From IMG/VR virus record IMGVR_UViG_2831987924_000001: DNA of 64,000 nt; one strand, 5' to 3'. Below, in pieces: positions 18,648 through 27,433 of this stretch. This DNA is from a virus (lineage: Duplodnaviria > Caudoviricetes). Position numbers and translations under genes: made by a program. Position 1 is the first letter of the stretch. Each line of letters opens with the position of its first letter. Under the pieces are notes generated by a model, which worked only from the letters and a program-made list of their open reading frames with translations, was not told the DNA's origin and ran no database searches.

Positions 18648-18802
18648 GATGTCACCCTCTTGATGAATTTTTAATTACAAAGTTGAATGAAAAATTTAGG
18701 TGATTTTTTTAAGTTGGATTTATAGGACAAATTTTATAGGTTGTTTTTTAGTATAGAAATTTTGAAGCAATTTTCTCTTTTCCTTTCACACTCTCAAAAC
18801 CA

Positions 18803-18900
18803 CGTTTCCGATGGCAAAAATCGTTTCCCACTATGGGAAACGTTCATGGGAAACGATTGGGAAACCATCGGGAAACGATGAGGAAACGTTGTGGGAAACG
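18803..18900. repeat. Iteron array, candidate tubC-like centromere
   Basis: Six direct (G/A)GGAAAC(G) copies at 18835, 18848, 18859, 18870, 18881 and 18893, plus two inverted copies at 18803 and 18822. Confidence 0.75.
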
Positions 18901-18994
18901 ATAATTAGGTATATTGGTATATTAGTTTTTATGAGTTAATAATCGAATGAAATGCTTCATTTTTTGTCCAAAATTATTCACCATATTGCATGAA

Positions 18995-20116
18995 TTAACG
19001 TTTAAATTTATTAATAAGACTACTTATATCCTTTACCTTTTCTTTTTTCGGTTGCTCATTTTTGATTTTGCTTAAAATATCCACAGCATTTGATTTATAA
19101 ATAGTACGGGTTTTGATATGTTCCATTGCTTTTGTAGCCTCTTTCGTTTTTTCTTCTATTGTTTTTAAACGTGAATGACACCAGTCTAATCCAGTTAATA
19201 CGGTTGTGATTATATTTGATTCGCTTGTGTAATACCCTTCAAATAAGTGTAAGGGCATTTTATTATTGAACGGTGAAAAGATTTTTTGGTGATTTAAAAT
19301 GCTCATAAACTCCTCTTCTCCATCAAAGATGATCCCAGCACTAATGATTTGATTGTATTCAATATCTGCGAAGCAGCTTTGATGCCATGATTCTTTGATT
19401 AGATTAGCAATGTCTGATTCGGAAATTTCGGTTTGATGCTTGAGATCATTTAAATTGCATTGTGCTATTGTACCTAAACCTTTAGTTTGGAATAGTGCTT
19501 TTAAATCTTTCTTATCAAATACACCATATTTTGAACTTTGTTCTGTGTATTGTTCTAATTGTTGAATGATTTGAATGACTTTTTGATTAACGGTTTTATA
19601 AAATACATTTTTCCCAAACTGGAGCGAGTTTGCGCGAAATTTCTCATTGTCGATCGGCAATGTGCAAATATCTAATTGAGATAAATCTTCAAAGCATTCT
19701 AAGCAATTCTTTTGAGATATATAAGCTTCAGTGGAGTCAGGAATAATTGGCATAGAGACAAATACTTTATCGGGCATTTCTTGACAAAGTATTTCCAATA
19801 AGACTGGTGCAATGCCACTTCCACTTCCCCCTGCTGTTGAAAATGGAACAAAAATGATTTCTATAGATGAATGTGAGAAGTTTTCTTTAACAAATGTGGT
19901 AGCTAAATCCCAGTTGTTAGCCATTAAACGTATTGCTTCACTTCTTGCTTTACCAATGCCTTCGCTTCCAATGAGTTTTAATTTTAGATTAACGTATTCA
20001 AGCGATTCAAGGTCACGTTCAGAGTAGTTTATGGAAGCGGAATAAAATCCTTGTTTCGCTGCTTCATCTGCAATATTTCCTCCAGCCTGCCCCAAACCTA
20101 AGAATGAAATAAACAT
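18995..20116 (-). CDS. tubZ: Tubulin/FtsZ-family GTPase (TubZ/RepX-like)
   Basis: GLGQAGGNIA, GSEGIGK, tubulin signature AGGSGSG, IDNEK, T7-loop-like FDKKDL. Confidence 0.85.
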   Translation of the reverse strand: MFISFLGLGQAGGNIADEAAKQGFYSASINYSERDLESLEYVNLKLKLIGSEGIGKARSEAIRLMANNWDLATTFVKENFSHSSIEIIFVPFSTAGGSGSGIAPVLLEILCQEMPDKVFVSMPIIPDSTEAYISQKNCLECFEDLSQLDICTLPIDNEKFRANSLQFGKNVFYKTVNQKVIQIIQQLEQYTEQSSKYGVFDKKDLKALFQTKGLGTIAQCNLNDLKHQTEISESDIANLIKESWHQSCFADIEYNQIISAGIIFDGEEEFMSILNHQKIFSPFNNKMPLHLFEGYYTSESNIITTVLTGLDWCHSRLKTIEEKTKEATKAMEHIKTRTIYKSNAVDILSKIKNEQPKKEKVKDISSLINKFKR

Positions 20117-20400
20117 TACAAACAACTCCCCTCATAAAGTTTTTGAATAGCTTGCAACCCATATTGATTAATGTGAATGAGATGTTTTCTATTACCTGTA
20201 GCCACTTCAATAAAGTTCATTGCTTCCAGTCGGCAAATGATTTTTCTTAATGTTGGTTCGCTGAAATTTAGTTCTGATACGATTTCTTGTTTTGTTCGTC
20301 CACTGAAGCGTGTTGTTGCTTCTTTATTGATGAGATAGTTAAGCAATTCGATTTCCTCAAGCGTTAAACGTTCCACTAATGATGTGAAATGTTGTTCCAT
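20116..20400 (-). CDS. Winged-helix DNA-binding protein (TubR-like adaptor)
   Basis: KQEIVSELNFSEPTLRKIICRLEAMNFI...IHINQYG; translationally coupled to the tubZ-like gene. Confidence 0.7.
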   Translation of the reverse strand: MEQHFTSLVERLTLEEIELLNYLINKEATTRFSGRTKQEIVSELNFSEPTLRKIICRLEAMNFIEVATGNRKHLIHINQYGLQAIQKLYEGSCL

Positions 20401-20553
20401 TTCGCCCCTCCTTGTTTAAAAATGTTCAAATTAGATATTTGCCGAACGAATATGTGCAAGTTCGCTCAACAAATATCTTGATACAGTTATATGTCAGTGC
20501 GCTTGTACAGTTTGCATGTCACAAAAAATTTTTAAAAATTTTACGATAAGGGG

Positions 20554-20582
20554 TTGATTTAAGTAAAATATAATAATATAAT
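20554..20582 (+). promoter_or_regulatory. sigmaA promoter starting the rightward arm
   Basis: TTGATT-17-TATAAT, overlapped by the 19-bp operator-like motif. Confidence 0.8.
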
Positions 20583-20636
20583 AACATTAGTTAAATAAAT
20601 TATAATAAAGGGAGACGAAGAAAGGAGGTGTAAATA

Positions 20637-20819
20637 ATGTCTTATAATAAATCTGAGGAGGTGATCGGTTTTCTAGAACTAAAAATCCTAGAAGACCGAG
20701 CAAGTGATGAAGAGTTGGAGTTTTACGAGAATTACATATGGTTTGGTAAGCTGGATAAGAAGTCTGGTACATATAAAAAATTGCTGAATGAATTAAAACG
20801 AGAATGGGAGGGTAAATAA
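20637..20819 (+). CDS. Hypothetical protein
   Basis: AGGAGGT SD. Confidence 0.7.
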   Translation: MSYNKSEEVIGFLELKILEDRASDEELEFYENYIWFGKLDKKSGTYKKLLNELKREWEGK

Positions 20820-21079
20820 TGGGATATTCGAGAGATGAACAAGAAACAGTGTTGGTGTATAGTGATGGCGAATGGAGTGTTTATTCAACTGTGCCAAAGC
20901 ATATTCGTAAGTTTTTAGAGATTGCTGAAATGGAAATATTAGAGTATGAGGATGATAGGCCAATAGCAATCAAAGGTAAGTTATCAGAACGTAATATTTC
21001 CATCAAAAAAGAACGTAATTTAAGTGAAGAACAAAGAAGAAAAATTGCAGAAAGGTTATTACAAGGTAGAAAAAGTTAG
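20819..21079 (+). CDS. Conserved phage hypothetical protein
   Basis: Coupled ORF, GGAGG SD. Confidence 0.75.
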   Translation: MGYSRDEQETVLVYSDGEWSVYSTVPKHIRKFLEIAEMEILEYEDDRPIAIKGKLSERNISIKKERNLSEEQRRKIAERLLQGRKS

Positions 21080-21299
21080 GTGGATTTTTTAATTGTGTAG
21101 AATGAAAAAATACATAAATGTTTAGGTTTGAGTTTTTAATTATACATAATAAAAATAATTATAATAATATTTGTTTGATTAATTGTATTAGGTTAAGGTA
21201 AGAGCTAAAGTTTTATATTGTACATAATGAAAAAATAGATGGGAAACTGATGTTGGATGGATATGTATTGTTGATATATAAGAAGGACGGTGTTGGTAA

Positions 21300-22001
21300 A
21301 TGGGTGTAGTTAAACGGGATGTACATAAGAATGAATATTTATATCGAGTTATTAGCTTTTCTGATGTAGATTGCATTAAAGGTCTTATTAAACATAGATC
21401 AATGATCGATATTTATTATGAACCTGCTTTAAAGCATATTGATGAAATTAATCAAATTGCCATTCAAATTGCCGAAATTGAAATGAATAAAAAGAATCAA
21501 GAACGTTTCGAGAAATTGAAGAAAGAGGGTAAAATTCCTAAAAATAAAAAATATAAATATAAAAAATTTTATAAGAATAAAAGAGATGACATCATTGAAG
21601 CAAGCAATATTACAGAATTAAATCAAGAATTGATTTGTGTATATGCTGATTTAGATAATTTAATCAAAAAAACATCTTTAACAGACAAACAAAGGGATAT
21701 TATTGAAAAATTCATGTCTGGATTAGATGAATATGACATTGGGTTGCTTTATAAACAACGAGCAGACAAAATTTTAAACATTTTAGATACTGCTTGTGAA
21801 AAAATTTGTAATGAGTACAAAAAGAGATGGAAATATGTAATGGCTGAACAAGATTATATTAAGGTTGAGTGGGATTATAAGAAATGTAGTAAATGTGGAG
21901 AATTGTTACCTTTAACTGAAGATTTTTATAGAAAACGCGAAGATAGTGCTGATGGATTTAGAAATGAATGTAGAAAATGTGAAGTTTCGGCGAAAAAATA
22001 G
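21300..22001 (+). CDS. Sigma70 region-4-like HTH protein with C-terminal Cys4 zinc ribbon
   Basis: LTDKQRDII...GLDEYDIGLLY...ILDTACEKI; CSKCGE...CRKC. Confidence 0.6.
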   Translation: MGVVKRDVHKNEYLYRVISFSDVDCIKGLIKHRSMIDIYYEPALKHIDEINQIAIQIAEIEMNKKNQERFEKLKKEGKIPKNKKYKYKKFYKNKRDDIIEASNITELNQELICVYADLDNLIKKTSLTDKQRDIIEKFMSGLDEYDIGLLYKQRADKILNILDTACEKICNEYKKRWKYVMAEQDYIKVEWDYKKCSKCGELLPLTEDFYRKREDSADGFRNECRKCEVSAKK

Positions 22002-22052
22002 GGAGAAATTAAAGACTTTTTGTAGTATGAAATATAGTGAGGAGGTATAATT

Positions 22053-22955
22053 TTGTATTTTTATATTAAAACGCCAGATGGTAAAGTTACAATTACTTTT
22101 GATAAAAATACAACTTTTGAAGAGAAACTTGAAATTTTAAATAAAAAAATTTTTGATCAATATAAAGATTTTTTAATGGAATATAAACATACAGCTAAAG
22201 CAAAGAAAATGTTGCTTGATTGTACAAATTTTTTAATTATGGGAAGAAATAATAAAACTACTTTAACACCAAGAAAACTTAAAAGGATTAATGAGAAAGA
22301 ATTGCCTTTAACATATATGAAAAATAAATTTATTGAAGAGTATTTATATGGTTCTCCAAGCGAAGATTATGATGATTACTATGTTTTTGATAGTGAAACA
22401 GAATATGTTGAGCAAGATATACCCAAAGAATTACTTAAAGATTATTGTAATTTGAGAATCAAGGAAATAAATCGAATTGAAGATTCACGAAAACAAAAAG
22501 ACAATGATGATAAAAGTAGTTGGGAGAACTCAAAAACATATAAAATTAATCAATTATACTCCTCTGCCGATAAGTATGGGGAAGTTACAGACGACAGAGT
22601 AAGTATATATTACATAAGTAAAGATAAATTAGTCGAATACATAAACAATGAAAACCTTAAATTTAAAGGTGATATAAAAACAAAGAAAATATTAGTACAT
22701 AAAGGTAGACAAGGAATAATTGATAAAAATAAACCTTACATAGCTGAATGGAAACGAGTTAATACAAATAATGAGTTCGAATTTAATAAAAATAAATATA
22801 AAATATCTAACAAATTAAAACAATATCAATTGGACTTAGACAGTAATAAATACATAATGGATTCGGTTTTGTGCTATTACATACCACATGAAGATAAGTA
22901 TTATTTCTTTGATGAAAACATTGATGAAATTACTAAGTATGTTAAACAGGTTTAA
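22053..22955 (+). CDS. Hypothetical protein (300 aa)
   Basis: Long ORF, GAGGAGGT SD. Confidence 0.75.
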   Translation: MYFYIKTPDGKVTITFDKNTTFEEKLEILNKKIFDQYKDFLMEYKHTAKAKKMLLDCTNFLIMGRNNKTTLTPRKLKRINEKELPLTYMKNKFIEEYLYGSPSEDYDDYYVFDSETEYVEQDIPKELLKDYCNLRIKEINRIEDSRKQKDNDDKSSWENSKTYKINQLYSSADKYGEVTDDRVSIYYISKDKLVEYINNENLKFKGDIKTKKILVHKGRQGIIDKNKPYIAEWKRVNTNNEFEFNKNKYKISNKLKQYQLDLDSNKYIMDSVLCYYIPHEDKYYFFDENIDEITKYVKQV

Positions 22956-23005
22956 TCGCCTGTTTAAAATAAAAATTCTAAAGGAGTAAAAGGAGGAAAT
23001 TTATT

Positions 23006-23278
23006 ATGAATAAAAAGGAATTGATTAAAGATGTTGTGGAAGCTACTGGATTCCCTAAGAAAGATGTGACTGCTGTAGTTGATGCTACATTTGATAAAAT
23101 CACGAAGGCTCTTAAAAATGGTGATAAGGTTAAATTGTCTGGATTCGGTAATTTTGAAGTTCGTGAACGTGCTGCTCGTAAAGGAAGAAATCCACAAACG
23201 GGTGAAGAAATTGAAATTCCAGCAAGTAAAACCCCTGCTTTCAAACCTGCTAAAGCACTTAAAGAAAGTTTAAAATAA
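23006..23278 (+). CDS. hup: Histone-like DNA-binding protein HU (SPbeta YonN-like)
   Basis: [41 protein letters not shown]. Confidence 0.95.
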   Translation: MNKKELIKDVVEATGFPKKDVTAVVDATFDKITKALKNGDKVKLSGFGNFEVRERAARKGRNPQTGEEIEIPASKTPAFKPAKALKESLK

Positions 23279-23346
23279 ATTATAAAAATTAATCCGAGTA
23301 GGCACTCTCCCCTACTCGGAAATCTATATAAAGGTGGGTTTGGGGT

Positions 23347-24591
23347 GTGGGGAAATATTATGTAGCAGATACGAATGTTCTTTTAGATTCTATTGAGCAG
23401 TTACAAGGATATAAAGTAGTCCTTCTTTCACATACACTTAGGGAATTAGAAAAACATAAATCAAACCATAACTTTCAATTAGCATATAAAGCCCGTAAAG
23501 CTAGTCGATTTATTAAAGAAAATATTGATCAGTTCCATTTTGATTCCAAAGATTATGATGGTAGCTTAATGGGTTCACAATACTCTAAGGACTATGAAGA
23601 CAACAATATTATTAGGGCTTGTTTTGAAAATGATTATGGTTTAATTACTAAAGATGTATTGCTTCAATTCAAAGCTAAATCTTTTGGTATTGAAGTAATT
23701 GATTTAAACACTGATTTAGATACTGGCTATAAAGGCTATAAAGAGATTTATCTTGATACGACCAAAGATGAAGACAACGTGATTTTAGCTAGTTTATATG
23801 AAAATCCTGAAAATAATACATATAATCTTTTGACAAATGAATACTTAATTGTTTGGGATTTATCTAAACCCACATACAAAAATGGTGTAAAAGTTGGTTA
23901 TGAACCGATTGATAAGTTTAAATTTAACGGTCATAAACTAACTAAATTAAATTATAAAAGATTAAATAATACATTCACAGGAAAAGTTAAACCAATTAAT
24001 GTAAAACAAGAAATCGCTTTTGACATGCTTCAAGATAATAATATCAAAGTTAAATCGTTATTTGGTAATTTCGGAACAGGTAAAGATTTTTTAATGATTA
24101 CTCATGCAGTTGATATGCTACTAGACAAATCTAATAAGATTGAAAAAATCGTATGGGTGCGAAATAACATTCAAGTTGCTGATACAAATGATATTGGCTT
24201 TTTACCTGATTCACTTGAGGATAAACTAAAACCATTTCTCGCTCCCCTACTCGATCATATTGGTGGAGATGAAGGTTTGAATTTCTTAGGAAATAAGATT
24301 GAAATCCAACATTTGGGATTTATTAGAGGGCGAGATATTAAAAACGCCATAGTGTATGTAACTGAGTGCCAATCTAATACAGAAGATCATATTAAGTTAC
24401 TGTTGGGACGTGTTGGTGAAGGTTCAATGATTTTCTTTAATGGTGATACACGTCAAGTTGATGCGGATAAATTTAAGTATAACAATGGGGTATTAACTTT
24501 AAAAAGACTTGCTGGCAATCCATTGTACGGTCAAGTTGAATTAGATAAAGTTGAACGTTCTGAAGTTGCTAGATTGGCTGATTTGTTGTAA
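23347..24591 (+). CDS. PIN-PhoH fusion protein (PhoH2/YlaK-like)
   Basis: VADTNVLL PIN start, GNFGTGKD, IGFLP, FIRGRDI, GDTRQVD. Confidence 0.9.
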   Translation: MGKYYVADTNVLLDSIEQLQGYKVVLLSHTLRELEKHKSNHNFQLAYKARKASRFIKENIDQFHFDSKDYDGSLMGSQYSKDYEDNNIIRACFENDYGLITKDVLLQFKAKSFGIEVIDLNTDLDTGYKGYKEIYLDTTKDEDNVILASLYENPENNTYNLLTNEYLIVWDLSKPTYKNGVKVGYEPIDKFKFNGHKLTKLNYKRLNNTFTGKVKPINVKQEIAFDMLQDNNIKVKSLFGNFGTGKDFLMITHAVDMLLDKSNKIEKIVWVRNNIQVADTNDIGFLPDSLEDKLKPFLAPLLDHIGGDEGLNFLGNKIEIQHLGFIRGRDIKNAIVYVTECQSNTEDHIKLLLGRVGEGSMIFFNGDTRQVDADKFKYNNGVLTLKRLAGNPLYGQVELDKVERSEVARLADLL

Positions 24592-24672
24592 TTATATTTG
24601 GGTGACGCGTTGGGGGATACGCTCCAACTGCCACATTAAAATTTTACTTAGAGTAAAAGGAGGATTTATAAA

Positions 24673-24864
24673 ATGGCTAAAAAAGTACATTCTGTTTCAC
24701 TAAAGGGTATTTTAGATATGAATAACGTTGAAATTCATGAAATCACTAAAGATGGTGAATTTGTTTATGATTTAAAGAAAATTTTACATGAATTTCATGA
24801 TAAACAAGTTAGTTTGGTGATTAAAGAGGAAAATGAGTTGCCTACTAAAGATATGGAAGAATAG
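24673..24864 (+). CDS. yonK: YonK-family protein
   Basis: MAKKVHSVSLKGILD...KEENELP resembles SPbeta YonK and sits in the syntenic position. Confidence 0.8.
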   Translation: MAKKVHSVSLKGILDMNNVEIHEITKDGEFVYDLKKILHEFHDKQVSLVIKEENELPTKDMEE

Positions 24865-24876
24865 TGAGGTGGTTCG

Positions 24877-26088
24877 ATGGAATACAAACGCAAACCATCG
24901 GAATCACTGGATGAATATAAAATTAGATTATGTAGAAATAAAGATTTATATGATCTGCGCTGGCAAGATATAAGTGAATTGTGGTATGAAGAGACTGGAG
25001 AACAAAAATCTCCAGATTGGTTTAGAAAATTTTATCGCTACTTTAATGAAGGATATGAATGCGCCCTCAAAGAAAATCCTACCAATGAAGAATATATTAA
25101 AGAACTTGAAGAGAAAAAGATTGAATTTGAAAAAGCTAAATATCAATATCAAGATCAACGTAGAGAATATAACAAACTGATTCGTGAGCAGGCAAGAATT
25201 GACCATGTACGGAATACTCTAGTTCAAGAAGTAAGAAAACTGAATAATACAAAGCCTCTTCAGTGGTATGAAAGAGTTGTTTACTCTAACAGTGATAATC
25301 GTGAAGCGTTATTGCTTATCTCTGATACACACTATGGAAAATTTGCGAACAATCATTGGAATCAATTTAATAATGATGAATTTAAGCGTAGAATGAAAGT
25401 ATTGATTAGTAAAACGATTCAATATTCAAAAGAGCATCGTGTAAAAACTTTGAATGTATTTATTCTTGGCGATTTGATCGAAGGACTTTTACATAATATC
25501 ACACGGATTACAAGTACAGAAGATGCTGTTTCTCAAACTATACATATTTCTGAAATATTATCTGAAGTCTTGTGTGAGTTAGCGAATGAGTTTGAACAAT
25601 TGAAAGTATATAACTGTCGTGGTAATCATGAAAGAGCGATTCAGAATAAGAAAGAGGAAATTGCAAAAGAAAGCTTTAATGATTTGATTATTTGGTATCT
25701 AAAAGCAAGATTGGGTAACGTGAAAAATATTCAATTTATGAACAATGAAATTGATGATGAAATTATTGTTGCGGATATTTTAGGTTACAAAATATTTGGG
25801 GTACATGGTCATAGAGATAAAGTTTCTGATGTTGTACAGAATTTAACGTTAATGACCAAAATATTCCCTGATTATGTATGTATGGGACATTATCATCACC
25901 ATGAGGAAAATGAGGTTCATGGTGTTGAAGTAATTATGAATAGTAGTTTTGCTGGAACAGATGAATATACGAAAAATATTCGTAAAACATCTAAGGCTGC
26001 TCAAAAATTGATTATCTTTGATAAAGATGAAGGAAGATTGTGTACATATAACATAATTTTAAATAAAAAGGAGAAATTTTATGGCTGA
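24877..26088 (+). CDS. Calcineurin-like metallophosphoesterase (SPbeta YonJ-like)
   Basis: SDTHYG, LGDLIEG, GNHER, GVHGH, GHYHH. Confidence 0.85.
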   Translation: MEYKRKPSESLDEYKIRLCRNKDLYDLRWQDISELWYEETGEQKSPDWFRKFYRYFNEGYECALKENPTNEEYIKELEEKKIEFEKAKYQYQDQRREYNKLIREQARIDHVRNTLVQEVRKLNNTKPLQWYERVVYSNSDNREALLLISDTHYGKFANNHWNQFNNDEFKRRMKVLISKTIQYSKEHRVKTLNVFILGDLIEGLLHNITRITSTEDAVSQTIHISEILSEVLCELANEFEQLKVYNCRGNHERAIQNKKEEIAKESFNDLIIWYLKARLGNVKNIQFMNNEIDDEIIVADILGYKIFGVHGHRDKVSDVVQNLTLMTKIFPDYVCMGHYHHHEENEVHGVEVIMNSSFAGTDEYTKNIRKTSKAAQKLIIFDKDEGRLCTYNIILNKKEKFYG

Positions 26089-26341
26089 TATTTTCAAATT
26101 CCAAAAAGATGATGAATGTTGTTCTTATTGTCAATTGGTTAATGAATATTTTACATACATTATGGAAGCTGACTCGGCAAATGAAGTTCATGATTTGTTG
26201 CATGAATTGGTATCAAAAGTGAAAGATATGGCTTATTTGGATGGATACAAAAAATGTCTGATTGATGATGTAGAAGCTAAGCTGAATACATTGAATTGTA
26301 TTGATGGCGAATGTGATTGTGGAGAATGTGATTATAATTAA
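26081..26341 (+). CDS. Small Cys-rich acidic hypothetical protein
   Basis: CCSYC ... CDCGEC; AGGAG SD. Confidence 0.7.
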   Translation: MADIFKFQKDDECCSYCQLVNEYFTYIMEADSANEVHDLLHELVSKVKDMAYLDGYKKCLIDDVEAKLNTLNCIDGECDCGECDYN

Positions 26342-26415
26342 CAAAAATATAATGGTATGACGGTGAATTAATCGTCCGATGCCACTTCCCTACTTTTAAA
26401 ATTTGTGGAGGTGGT

Positions 26416-27045
26416 TTGATGGAGAAAGTTAAAAAGTCTAAACTTTGGGATATTGAATTTGAAACAATTAGCTCTACTCCCCCACTTATTGATTATGTAC
26501 AATACGAATTATTGGAAGATAGGCGTATTTATCTTACTTCTGACATTGGTTCAGACACAATTGAATATGTGAATACGTTAATTGAAAAATTTAATTATGA
26601 GGATGAAAAGAATAGTATTAATCCAGAAGAAGCCAAACCTATCCGCCTGTACATTAACTCATACGGTGGGTCTATATATGATGGGTTGTCTATTGTAAAC
26701 ACTATTCTTACTTCAAAGACAAAGGTTATTGGTATTTGTACGGGATACGCAATGAGCATGGGATTAGGTATTTATGTTGCATGTCATGAACGTTGGGCTA
26801 TGCCGTATACGAATTTTATGTATCATGAACTCAGTTCAAGTGCTTCTGGAAGAGCTGAAGAAATTAAACGTGCCACTCAAGAATATGAACGTTTACAAAA
26901 GATGTATGACCATATTTTGACAAGTCGTACTTCATTATCACAAAAGAAATTGAATACCGTGAAGAAATCGGCAAACGATTGGTTTTTTGATGTTTATGAA
27001 GCGAAGAAATATGGTGTGGTACATAAGATTATTGGTGTTGATTAG
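26416..27045 (+). CDS. ClpP-family protease
   Basis: INSYGGSIYDG, GYAMSMG (Ser), FMYHE (His), EAKKYGVVHKI. Confidence 0.85.
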   Translation: MMEKVKKSKLWDIEFETISSTPPLIDYVQYELLEDRRIYLTSDIGSDTIEYVNTLIEKFNYEDEKNSINPEEAKPIRLYINSYGGSIYDGLSIVNTILTSKTKVIGICTGYAMSMGLGIYVACHERWAMPYTNFMYHELSSSASGRAEEIKRATQEYERLQKMYDHILTSRTSLSQKKLNTVKKSANDWFFDVYEAKKYGVVHKIIGVD

Positions 27046-27187
27046 TAAAATATAAACAAAATCACAATTTTATATAGTCATCTCCCCTCTCCTTTTCATA
27101 CATAAAGCCTTTTTCAAGCATCTGTCACTTGACATCCCTCTTGTGACGGGTGCTTTATAAAGGGTTTTATAAATAAATTATAATGGG

Positions 27188-27379
27188 GTGTTTAATTTGA
27201 ATAAGAGTGATTTGTTTTATTGTTACAGTGGTAAATTGAAAAGATTTCTACTTAAAGAAAAGAAAATTCAATATTTACATAAAGGATTCAATGAAAGAAC
27301 ACAAAAATACTTTTGGGTCTTTATAAGAAATGAAGAATTAAATAACGCTTTAACAGAGTGGTCACAAAATAAATTATAA
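27188..27379 (+). CDS. Small hypothetical protein preceding the endonuclease
   Basis: FYCYSGKLKRFL...FWVFIRNEELNNALTEW. Confidence 0.65.
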   Translation: MFNLNKSDLFYCYSGKLKRFLLKEKKIQYLHKGFNERTQKYFWVFIRNEELNNALTEWSQNKL

Positions 27380-27433
27380 TTTTAAAATAGATTAATTTGA
27401 ATAAATAAATTATATAGAAAGGAATGATTAATT

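Noticed and set aside
18803-18900. Repeat array as a CRISPR
   Set aside because: Units are 8 bp with 3-5 bp gaps, with no spacers and no cas genes.
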